Source of the DNA: Piedraia hortae CBS 480.64
Lineage: Eukaryota
Assembly: GCA_010093745.1 (NCBI GenBank)
Contig: MU005999.1
Location: 55,809-119,808 of the forward strand
DNA: 64,000 bases
Reading direction: 5' to 3'
The first letter of the stretch is position 1. Each line of letters opens with the position of its first letter. Below are positions 24,563 through 35,366 of this stretch, piece by piece. The notes under the pieces were generated by a model, which worked only from the letters and a program-made list of their open reading frames with translations, was not told the origin of the DNA and made no database searches. Position numbers and translations under genes: made by a program.

Positions 24563-27500
24563 ATGTGCTTCTATTCATACCATTTTTATCCTATATGCGG
24601 CCATGAAGAAGTGGTGCTGCACGCATATTGCGATAAAGCAATCACGTTGGGGCCAATACCAGAGCCAGAGGTGCCTGCCATTCCAACGAAGCGAGTAAGG
24701 TCCCAGAAAAATGGCAAGATGAAGGAAGAGAGCAAGGGCCAGAGTTCTGTCCAAAAAGGGAAGGAGCCACTCAGTAACGTTGAGCTTGGCACTTCTTCAA
24801 AGCTTCCACTGTCACAACACCCGCCCCCTGCAGCCCACATCCACTCTACATCATCCGTCACTGGACAACAGAGACAGTCGCAGCTAGATAAAACCTCGCA
24901 TATCAACAGGATGGAGGCTCCCATAGCCATCAATCCATCATTGGTTCTTGACGATGCAGCATCGTCACCGACTTGGTCACAACACACTGTAAGTTGAGCA
25001 ACTCTTCAGACTGCGCTGTGCTGACTTTTATTCTAGTCCTTGCGGAAGCATCAAGGTCGCGAGGACAGAGGCTCCGAGACAAACCAATCGCTTGGGGAGT
25101 CGCGGCTTGTGTATGTTTCCGTTCGTCATTGTTGGATCATCCTACTAATATGGTTTCAGAACGAAGCACGCTGAATCATCCGAGGATCGCAATGTCAGGG
25201 GCATGACTCAAGTCACGTCACCGCCCACCGATATTGTCACCAACGACAGGGAACGTGTGGACTCTAAGCCGCAACCTGCCAAGTCGTATGCAGCCGCATT
25301 GGGTATACCCTCTACCCGTCGCGGGCCCCTCAACAAGCCATCGGCATCCAAGCAAGAGGTTGACACTGCAGCATCTCATGCCAAGCAGGTGAACATCGTC
25401 GAGGCCCCCTCGGCCAAGAAGTCGCTGCCTCATTTTGCTCAACCAACCAAAGCTTCCACAGCTCGGCGTGCACCTGATTCGAAGAGCCCAAAGCGTAAAT
25501 CTCTGCCCAGCGCTTGGGTGGGCCAAATGTCTAACCTAGACAGCGGCCAAGAAGACGCACTACCGTCTCGTATCGCGGCACCTACTACAGAAGCTACCGC
25601 GGCACGTGCTACAGAACTGCTTGGTTACAAGGGTGATGGAATCAATACGATTGCTTCAAATGAAACGCGCAAGCCGTACAGCACGCAGTTGACTGAAGCT
25701 GCGGCAATTCTCAGATCCACACTCATGAAGACTCCCCGCTCGAAGACTAGTGGAAGAGTCCATCCAAGCAAGGGCCTAATGAAACTGAATGAAGGCATCA
25801 GCAAGGTTGTTCTTCGGCCAAATGTCAAGGGTACAAGTCGCATCAATACTTCTAGTCTGACTAGCGCACAACCACCGGCTGCGAATCAGGCAAAACTGCC
25901 AAAGTCGCACGAGACCGCCACACGGCCAGTCGCTTCAAATTCGACAAGTCCGCCTGAGAAGAAATCTGAGCACAAGATTCTTGGCGTAGCAAACACTAGA
26001 GTCAGACGTCGGGACATAGAAGTTGATGATTTTCGTAGTATCCGCGACAAGGTCGGCGCTCAAGGCTTGTTGAGAGGAACGCTTCCACCCGGAGCTCAAT
26101 ATACTCAGGATATACTCAATGAGGAGAAGCGGAGAGAGAGCGGCATGTCAATTAAGGATATTGAACCAACTCTGAGGGCCAATGCAAGGGCACTGGAAGA
26201 AGTTGCGTCGAAAATTCGTCAAGGCGCGGGGTACTCTGCGGCCATACAGCCGCACACAAATGTACAGCGACTGAGCGTGGATCCTTTGTCGTCTGAGACA
26301 CCGCGAACGCAATCACGCCTGACTAGCGTATCTGAACTCGATGATTCTGACCTGCAGATAATTGTGGACAAAGCTAGCCCTGTTCAGGCCAGTGTCCACG
26401 AAGAATGGAAGGCGCCAGAACCAAGCGAGCCAGCCTTGTCCATCTCTTCTCCAGCTACAGAACACACAAACCCGACAGGCGCAGACGATGTCAAGGCACC
26501 AGCTTCGCGATTGCGTGCTAGCGCCGAGGAATTTAAGCCGATGTGGAAGCCCGTCACCATAGCCCAGGAGCTTAGTCTGCAGTCTTGGCGTGGTGACCTT
26601 GATTGGTACTCGGATGAAAGGTGGGACGCAATGCCACAGCAAATGAAGAATTGCGTCTTGATGATGCGCGACTTCAAGCGTATGGGCGCGCAAAGTGCTA
26701 CCAGGGGCCAAGGCAGTCAACCCTCGAAGCGTCAGATGATGCGTTTTTGGGGTCGCCTCATGACCAATTCGCCTGTTATCGATGAGTTGGCGTCGCGAGA
26801 TCCTGGGTATCACGATGCTATGGAACCTCACATGGGCATGAATCCCAATTATGAGATGCAGATGCAGATGCAGATGTCCGGCCCAGCCTTGCCGTATGGA
26901 CCGGCTGCGCAACCAGCTCCTGCCCACTTTGGTCCGGTTCAATGGGCACCGTCTGGTCCCGAGAGAGGCTTTGTGGCAGCTGGACCGGTCCGCAAATCGC
27001 CCACGAGACCTTTCAAGGGCAAGGATAAGAGTAGGTCACCCAGAAAGATTGAACGCGTCAAGGATAGCCCAAAGGCTGAAGATGCGAAGATGACTAACTC
27101 GAGTCAACCGAGCAAAGATGCAGATGAAGGCCAGCCAACAGCTGAGTCTCACGCCAGGAGTGATTCTGGACTCTTCACCAAGCAGGATTTTCCTCCGCTG
27201 ACGAATGCTGCAATCAGTAATGCGATGCCGACAAGCTCAATGTGGGATAATCCTCCCAACGCAAAGAAAGTGTCCTCGCCGACGCCCATGTCTCCTGCCA
27301 GCAAAGCAGTCGCCAGCAACCTTTCCCCCACAGCAAAGCCTTATACGTTGCCAAGTCCTACGTTTGGCAGGAAAACGTTGCCTTCAATCCAGCTGATTGA
27401 ATTTGCCAATGCGAAAACGCAGAGCTCAGCCGAGCCTTCGAAAATGTTTGATTCTGACGCCAAGGGTGAAACGAAAGATGTTGGCGATAAGGACAAGCCG

Positions 27501-27803
27501 TCAGTGTCAAGTGGTCCATCAAAAGCCGCGGGCCCGATTTTCACACTGGAAGACTTCCCTTCGTTGGATACTGTTGCAGGCAAGACCATTAAGAAGGGCG
27601 GACAAGTTGGCAGCAGGGTTGTTGACAAGGAAGAAGCTCAGAAAGAGTCCGTAGGCGAAACGCGGCAGCCACCAGCAGTCGACGGCACCCAGTATTACAA
27701 GCAAGTATGCGGAAATGTCGAGCTTATTCAAGCAGTTGGACATATGCCATTGGACAACCCGACTGTTGGATTGTGCCACGCCTGTTATGATCCAAGGGAT
27801 TGA
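24563..27803 (+). CDS. Largely disordered hypothetical protein (about 1047 aa) with a PAM2-like motif, two introns
   Basis: Introns 24989-25036 and 25111-25159 join ORF 24437 (from MCFYSY) in frame to ORF 25203-27803. Contains SRLRASAEEFKP. Confidence 0.8.
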
Positions 27804-28238
27804 GTTATGGGTATCCTGGGGGTATTAACGAAGCGATGGATTGATAGACGAGCACAACGTACATAGAATGAATGCCAAGTTTTTTAATCTTCTGTTTTAT
27901 TCACTGGAGTGACAGCTACAACCATCGGCACCGCAACAATGCGAAATGAAACCATCGGAGAAAACACTTGTTTGGGGCGATGACATGATTTGAAGCATGA
28001 ACTCTCATGGCTCGCGGCGTGCTCAACTGATTTCCTGATAAGGTGTAAATCTTCCGGAGGTAGAGCAAAATTGACGGACGTTTTCACGTATAGCCTGATA
28101 GGTTTTCGAGTATTGGCATTCAAACGAGTCAGCAAGCCAAATCTACAACCATAGTGGGGTAATGAATCGCTTGTAGTTTGTAACTCTAACAACTTGAGCT
28201 AACGTCTCGCCGTTGCGCATGGCAATGGAACCTACGAG

Positions 28239-28600
28239 TGTCAATCAACAGTACGAAATCGAACGAAGATCGCATGTGGTCCCTCAGGAGTCAATTGTTG
28301 TCGGAGTGTGTGACAGGCAATGATGCGTGAGGCACATATATGTGTGACTATGTGTGGGTATGCATGTGTCGAGATCGAGTGGTGAGGTGGAGTGCGAAAC
28401 TTCACCTCACGCTAACCCAGGTCTAGCCGCATCCACCGAGGCCACATCACCGAGCACGCACAAAGCATGAACAGCACTGTGCCTCGTCCCAGGGGAAACT
28501 CCCTCCTATGGAGATGAAAACCCTGAGAAGCATTGACCTCTATCTGAGCTCGCAGATGCGACCTGGCTGTATACTATATGAGAGGGTTTACCGTCTCACA
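28239..28600. mobile_element. Solo-LTR-like element with an internal hairpin
   Basis: TGTCA...TCACA termini, patchy similarity to 59628-59997, and a position next to the copia remnant. No target-site duplication was found. Confidence 0.4.
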
Positions 28601-28939
28601 ATCGTCCTAAGAGACAAGAATAGGGTAGGGTGTGAAGGTGTGTGTACCTGTGTATGTTGATGTATGTATCTATGAAGATGTGACGAGGTGTCGTCGGTGA
28701 GGTGTCACGAGATTTCACCTCAACTCGTCTCGTGTAATATCAGTGCAAGGTGTATCCGGGAAAAAGCGTGCTCTTGAATGGGTCCCTAAGAGCCTTTGGA
28801 CTTCTCCTTCACAATCTTATGGTACTGGCGCAAGGCTTACACAAAATTTAGCCGGTCGCAAATACCCATTTGCAATTACTGGGTAGAAAACGAACGGATG
28901 TTGGCCAAATTATGTAGGGTTGGTGTTGAGCCTGTTTAC

Positions 28940-30032
28940 TCAACTGAGGCTACGTAGTAGACCACGTGAGTGTTTGATCGATGCGAATCCTCGTTTCGAG
29001 GGTCGCGATTGTCCGCGAGCACGACGTGTCTTACCGGCTGTCTGTCGTGTTGGGTAGGGTCGTTGTCGTGGCGTCTGAAAGTCGGAGTTGCACAAATGCA
29101 GGGTTGGGAATTTCGAGAACAATGTAGGTATGGCCCACAATAAAGACTTGTCTTGTGAATGCGAGATGGTTGGCGGAGGGGCTCGAATTGAAGGGCCCGA
29201 GGAAACTGGCAGCATAGGCCATGTCAGGGCGCGACACGTTGGCTAGAAAATCGAGACACCCCACTGTGCTCTGGAAGAGCTGCCGGCGCTTTGGATCCTT
29301 GGGATTGTTGCGCGGGGAAGGAATGAGTTTGGATCAATCGGGACGGTACGAATATTCGAGTTCGCCATATTGAAGCGCCGCAAGACCTCCAGCGCGTAGG
29401 TTCGTTGATGCAGTTTGATACCGTTTGGGAAATGCCCCAACTTTAGACATGCTTGGCCGAGATCTTGAATGGTGAATGCCGAGCTAAGGGAATGAAGAAA
29501 GGGAGTGATTTCGTTTGTTGATGAGGAAGACTCTGGCTTCAGCACTCTTCATGTACCAATCCTCTATATCAGGACGGTTTTCGAACTCCTCTATGGACTG
29601 ATGGGACGGTCTGAGTGGCTTCGACCTCTTTCCATTGATGTACTTTAAAAGGCCTTGCGATGCTAGCAGGGACTCTACCTGGATGTCCCAAACTTTGCAA
29701 TTATCGCGTCCTGTTAGTTTGGTGATGCTCTTGTGCATTCCTGGAGCATATTGTCAACATTACTCCCACACAAAGGTCCATGGGTGTCGGCTGTAGGCCG
29801 TTCGATTTCAGCCAATGGGAAAGATGAAGGAACCACTCATGGCCAGACTCTTTTAGACCATATAAAGCTTTGACGAGATTGACGGCACCTGTTGGGAATG
29901 AGACGCCCGGCAGAGGAGGGGGGGGAGGGGTTTCAGTAGTATAAAGGTGACTCTCAGATCAATTTGGCGAACACGAGACTGAAGTATCTTCCTATAATGA
30001 TGTCTAGCTCCAAAGACTATTTACCGCCAACA
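28940..30032 (-). mobile_element. Internally deleted, frameshifted Ty1/copia retrotransposon remnant with a candidate 5' LTR
   Basis: Gag N-terminus KLTGRDNCKVWDIQVESLLASQGLLKYING. Late RT motifs FTIQDLG...LHQRTYALEVLRRFNM and GCLDFLANVSRPDMAYAASFL. A TGTTGG...CCAACA segment at 29890-30032 lies upstream of gag. Confidence 0.85.
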
Positions 30033-31169
30033 TGACACATCAGCGACATGGGCCGCTCCGCCTACCGACTCCAATCTTATAACAATCAGCCGGGCTGGAT
30101 ATACCATCGTGCGCGATTTGCCTTGATCTTGGTAGCCGTGGTCCCATTACCTTTTGATCGTTTGGCTTGGGTTGGGATGAAGGTGCTCTGTCGTGCGCTA
30201 TGTGTTTATCTTACAATGAGGGTAAACAATGTGGGCATAGTTGTTCTAGCCAAGACTGCGTACTTTTTGCTGGCGTCAATGTTTGCGCAAATGCTTAGTG
30301 GTCGGTGCGTCGCGTGATATGCAAGTACGGACACCAAGTACATCAATTCTATTCTCAAGGGTTGTTACGTGTCCCAGCTTACGCGCCGTCTGGGGCATGA
30401 GATCCATATGTAGTCATCACATTTGTCTATCATCGTTGATAGCTGGCATCGTGACAGCGGTGATGATAGCAGTCGCACCAGAGAGGTCGTAGTGTGTATT
30501 CCCATTTGGCAATGTTCGATTATTATACAGGTTTCTCGGTCAATGTCATGCACGCTCCTATTTTATGTAAGTATTGCTGAGCGCAAGGTCCATTTCGAGG
30601 GCCCTTCCACGTAAGAACAATATTACACAATGGCACCGTGAGCGATTTATCATCTAAGTATTTACATCACCAGCTCCAATATGTAGCTGCTTATGATTTC
30701 TAGGAAAAACCATGTATTATGTTGTGTTGATGCACATCTAATGAAGCCGTCGTGAATTGACCCGCCAGCTTTGACTGCACACAACACAGCAACCAGGCCA
30801 CGTGTAAGCCTCAAACAAAGTATACTGGACAGTCAGCATCTTGAAATAATGACAATTGGGGCTATGCAGGGATCGGGTGGCTCACAGGCGTTGTGTCTGC
30901 GAAACAGGACACATTGGGTACAACTGGGACTGAAAACAGTCGAAGAAAGTACCATATGAATCTGCAGTTTTGAACAAGTTAGTTCGTAGCTATGTAGAAC
31001 AGTTTCGTATGGTGTTTTCCGCGTTTAGTGTGTCAATCTAAATTGTACAGATAGAAATGAAATGCACAATCAGGGGAAGGGATCCCCTATGTTTACTTCC
31101 CTGCGTCACCATCTTCATCTTTGCATCATACACTCGCTCCTAGCATTAACCAGTGTCCAAGTAAGGGAC

Positions 31170-31622
31170 ATGACAATCCCCAAGGCGTGCAGCTCTCCTG
31201 AGCTACAATATGGTAGTACGATGTGCCAGCTTATGGGAGAGATCAGGAACGACCTCATCCGCACGTTGGATATATATGATGAAGCGGTCAAGCAGGAAAG
31301 GCTTGAAACCAACTGGAGGAAGATGATCTCACGCTGGCGTAGGCATATCGAAGCCTTGGTGTATCTGCCAGATACCGATCCAGGATTGACTTTCGAGAAA
31401 GTTGCTGACAAGGTTTATTCAATGCTTAAATACAGTCGTTACAATGCGTTCGGCATCATGGAAGATTACCCAGTCACGATGGAGCTAACTCATGATCTTC
31501 TCAAAAGCTGGCGGTCTGAGATCGGGGCACTTGACAAGGAGGGCGATGCTCACCAGGAAGCGACTAATCCACCTAAACGTGAGGAGAATGTAATTCACGA
31601 TGAGACTCCACAGACTATATGA
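31170..31622 (+). CDS. Orphan small protein (150 aa), distant member of the 56906 family
   Basis: Intact ORF. It shares IR..LI..L.(I/V)Y...VK, RR.I.A..VY.P, S..KY and MELTH with ORF 56906-57307. Confidence 0.6.
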   Translation: MTIPKACSSPELQYGSTMCQLMGEIRNDLIRTLDIYDEAVKQERLETNWRKMISRWRRHIEALVYLPDTDPGLTFEKVADKVYSMLKYSRYNAFGIMEDYPVTMELTHDLLKSWRSEIGALDKEGDAHQEATNPPKREENVIHDETPQTI

Positions 31623-32490
31623 TGGAACATACCATCGTTGTTGCTGTCACAAGAAGTAGGTCCCATAATCATCGCTCCGACCCTGGGACAACAATTTCGG
31701 CTTTCGTTTGGGGATATCATCTTGGAGGTCGATGATGGTGCATTTGGCTCATTCTAATCTTGTACGTAATTCTACGGCTGTTGGAAAGGCGTCCTCATAA
31801 TGTATGTGGCAACTGCTCATCATCTTCGGGTTCTGTAACTCGTACTGGTATTCAGACGCTCTGATATGCGGTATTAATGGATTTTCTTTACCACGAGAGG
31901 AGGGTACAAAATTGGAAGAGACAAGTTAATCAAGTCGACATTGCTAGATACAATTGAGAACCTCGGATCTCAGTTGCAGGCGGATGTCAAGTCTAGTCAG
32001 TAGCTCCCTTGCTTTGTAATCCTTTTCACAGCCACGACCCAGACCCTTTGAAATTCTTCTAAACCTTATTTCTGCCCGTCGTTTGTGCTACTTTATCTTG
32101 ATTGTTCGAGCAGTGGTATCTATCTTGTTTGTTTCCCATACTTCTAGCCATCCAAGTTCTTGATAATCGAATCTTCGTAGCTCTTATCTAGACGTACCTT
32201 CTCCGCAGTATCGACAAATCCAGGATTTCGTTGACTGTGCATTTGGAACACAGGTGTGCTGAAGAAACTGGTAGACGACTCGATTGAATTTTGTAGCTGT
32301 GAGACGTCGATACTATTGTACATTGTCCGCCTCTTGGCTGGAAGGCATTGGTTGCACAACGTCTCAAGGTAAGCATGACGAAGGAGATAGCCTCAACCCA
32401 GGTCGATTCAAGCTTCGCCCATGACTGAGTTAAAGGGTACATGATGAAAATCCAACCCCCCAGAACCCAACAAGTGAACTGCCCTGTTTA

Positions 32491-34641
32491 TCAATCAACA
32501 ATATCATCATTCTCCAGGAAAAGCACCATGTTGCCCTCATCAACCTCCCCAAGCGGTTTAGACAATGCTTTCTTCTCCCTCCTCTTGCCTTCATACTCCC
32601 CATCATCAAGACCAAGATGTTCGCTCCTGGTCCAGCCCCTAGGATTGAACCTCATCACATCTCGAACCCCAAAGTTCTCCACATCTCGCGGCCTAATTCT
32701 CGCAAGGTAGGGTAAATAGTCTGTGACAAGTTCATCCTTAGCAACGCAAAAGGACCCTGTCCTCTCACCCTCCTGGAGTGGGTATCTAGAAGCAAAATTG
32801 TCAACCGCGGCACTTATCTCTTCTTCCTTTTTCCAGATCTGGAGTGAGGACGGGTAAAAGATTCGATTGGGGTCGAAGTGGGCGGAACCTTTTGGTGCGA
32901 TACGTTTTACTGGGTAAGGGAGGTTGAACAGCAGACCTCGCACAGCAACATGGAAGCTTAGAACCTCCTGCCGGAGCGTCTCGCCTACGGTTACCGTTGC
33001 GCGGTTCCAAGGGTTGGATCGCTCTGCGGTGAGAAAATCTGCATCTGACAGTGCGGTGGAGCAGTTTTCACTTTCGAGCACACTCGATGCGGACAGGACG
33101 TGGTTCTCGTGTAGACCGGCGATGAAGGTGGTCGTGTCGGTGCCGAGACCATCGATGAGGGAGTCGATGTCGATTTCAGAAGCGAGTGGGCGTCGGTGTT
33201 GGGGTAAATAGCTGGGCGGCTGTGCCACGCTGGCCTCTGTTCGTTTGTTGTGCACCACTTTGCCGATTGCGTGGAAAATTCCCAGAGATGCTTCGCGATG
33301 GTTTATCAGTGCGAGCACTTCTTTGGATGTTTTGAAAACATCACTGCGTCCGCATACGAGCTCCAACGAACTCACGGCGCTGCGAATATCGCCGCCTTCG
33401 GCAAGGTGTTTGATCACAACCTGTCCTAGGCTCTTTCTTCGACCTGATTGTTGGGCTTCTTTGGAGATGACCAATTCCAGCGCCTTGCCGATGTAGGTCT
33501 TGGCTACGGGATTGAATTCGATGGTGTTGATATACGGATGGTGCATGAGTTCGGGGCCGAGGAGTCTGTGCATGGTGAAGCTATCGCTGGCGGCAGTATT
33601 GCCAGAGAGTAGAACTTCAGAAATCACCATTACCAACGGCGTTGGGGATGACTGAACTGGAAGGGCGGACACGTATTGCTGTATTGCAGAGCGAAAGGAT
33701 TGGAGATAGTTGGATGTGCGGGAGGAAATGTCGGGAAACTCTTCAATCAGCAGCAAGTTTCGTCCTTGGACCTCAGCTGGACTTCCTGACAAATCTTCAG
33801 CTGGTTTCCCTGAACAGTTCTCGGCTGAATTACACAGCGTCAGACCCGGGCTGGTGGCTCCCCGCCGAAGAAAGTCTTCAAACTGCTCACTGAAAGATTC
33901 TTCCTTGACCAACTGACATGTATTGACAGGATCACGCCATTCTAAGACATTTACGCCCATTTCCGCCGCAAGGAGCTTCACAGTCGTCGTCTTCCCACTC
34001 CCTGCTGGGCCCTTGAGAACGAGGACCTTTTGTCTCTTATTGCGGTAAGCAATGTCCAGCCACTGCCGAACTTCCTGAACTTTGCGCTTATGTACCGCGA
34101 GCTCCGATAAGTCGGCGGGTGCGAATCGATTTACCCACGGCCGTCTGTCTTCTGGTGTATCCGTTTGTCCAAATGGCGTACGCCGTCCCCCGCTCGTTTT
34201 ACGAAACTTGCGACTTGCCACGCTGGCATCTGTCTCACTGGCTTGTTGACTTGGCAGCTTCCGCTTGCGCAATGCCAGAGCAACCGTCGAGGCCTTCGAT
34301 AGAGGCACTGGGGCTTCATTTTCGTCAGAATCGTCCCGGATTGCGTCTATTTCCTCGTGTTTCTGTGAACCAACTGAAGACTGCGAGCCTTGGAACTGCC
34401 GCTGCGTGGTTGAGTTGAAGAATGCAGTGATTGACTTGTTTGTGGCCGGTTTCTTCGGCTTCGTTTCCGGCCTGGGCGGTTGAAGTCGCCGGTTGGTGCT
34501 CACAGACTTCAGTTTCCCGCTGCTCTTCTGCGACCGCGTTCGTTCATCTTTGGCGGCAACAGATGACGTGCCGACCACCGCTTGTTCCTCATCCTCTTCG
34601 TCGCTCGAAATGACAATCTTTCGCCTTAATTGCGGTCCCAT
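32491..34641 (-). CDS. RAD17: Checkpoint clamp loader Rad17 (S. cerevisiae Rad24)
   Basis: PWVNRFAP..LSELAVHKRKV, Walker A GPAGSGKTT, LLIEEFP, GDIRSAV and LGIFHAIGKVVHNKR. Confidence 0.95.
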   Translation of the reverse strand: MGPQLRRKIVISSDEEDEEQAVVGTSSVAAKDERTRSQKSSGKLKSVSTNRRLQPPRPETKPKKPATNKSITAFFNSTTQRQFQGSQSSVGSQKHEEIDAIRDDSDENEAPVPLSKASTVALALRKRKLPSQQASETDASVASRKFRKTSGGRRTPFGQTDTPEDRRPWVNRFAPADLSELAVHKRKVQEVRQWLDIAYRNKRQKVLVLKGPAGSGKTTTVKLLAAEMGVNVLEWRDPVNTCQLVKEESFSEQFEDFLRRGATSPGLTLCNSAENCSGKPAEDLSGSPAEVQGRNLLLIEEFPDISSRTSNYLQSFRSAIQQYVSALPVQSSPTPLVMVISEVLLSGNTAASDSFTMHRLLGPELMHHPYINTIEFNPVAKTYIGKALELVISKEAQQSGRRKSLGQVVIKHLAEGGDIRSAVSSLELVCGRSDVFKTSKEVLALINHREASLGIFHAIGKVVHNKRTEASVAQPPSYLPQHRRPLASEIDIDSLIDGLGTDTTTFIAGLHENHVLSASSVLESENCSTALSDADFLTAERSNPWNRATVTVGETLRQEVLSFHVAVRGLLFNLPYPVKRIAPKGSAHFDPNRIFYPSSLQIWKKEEEISAAVDNFASRYPLQEGERTGSFCVAKDELVTDYLPYLARIRPRDVENFGVRDVMRFNPRGWTRSEHLGLDDGEYEGKRREKKALSKPLGEVDEGNMVLFLENDDIVD

Positions 34642-34769
34642 GCCGCTGTGACTGATCGGTCCAACTGGATCTCATCTGTCAATATCTATACATTCCCTGT
34701 GCATGGCCTACAATCGCCGTCTGAACGCTTCGATGAAGTCGCGGTCAGCGCATCGCGGATCTACCCGCC

Positions 34770-34778
34770 ACGCGTCGC
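34770..34778. promoter_or_regulatory. MCB-like element upstream of RAD17
   Basis: ACGCGTCGC about 130 bp upstream of the ATG, flanked by a CGGATCTA(C/T)CCG direct repeat. Confidence 0.5.
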
Positions 34779-35366
34779 TCGGATCTATCCGGTGCCGCGC
34801 TAATCAGCGCACGGACCCCACTCATCCAGGCGCACTGAAGAAAGTTTGACAAACTGCGCAAGGACATAGCTTATAAAGAGACCGTTACTTCTTACAACAT
34901 AATGCAATCCTAACACCTCCATCTATTCTCAATGCAGCGACATCGTTTTGATGCTGAGTATCTCTCGTAGAGTCCAAGAACTCCCACTAACACACTAACA
35001 CAACACCAGCAGGAGTAATGTATCAAACGCAAAAAAATTGTGCTGTAAACAAACTTCACGCACTGTCTACCGGGCGGGATCGGCCCGCAGCAAATTACCT
35101 AATTAGGCAGTTGTCACGAGGTTCCTTTTCAGTCACTAGCACATGTCTCTATACTTGACCTCATAGAAGCACATGCTGTGACGCATTGGTCTGGGGACAA
35201 CGCCGTTCTCTTTACCTTGTCCACTGTACACGCCCATTAATTCTGCAACTCATCAACCCACTGCACGCACTGTACGCTCCATTCATTTTACCACTACAAC
35301 CCATTTCAAATATTCATTGTTTCTGCACCTTGTCACTCTCTTTAATTTATATCCACCCACAATAAG

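Noticed and set aside
31640..32400. Possible minus-strand pseudogene
   Set aside because: Short broken frames with no recognisable homology.
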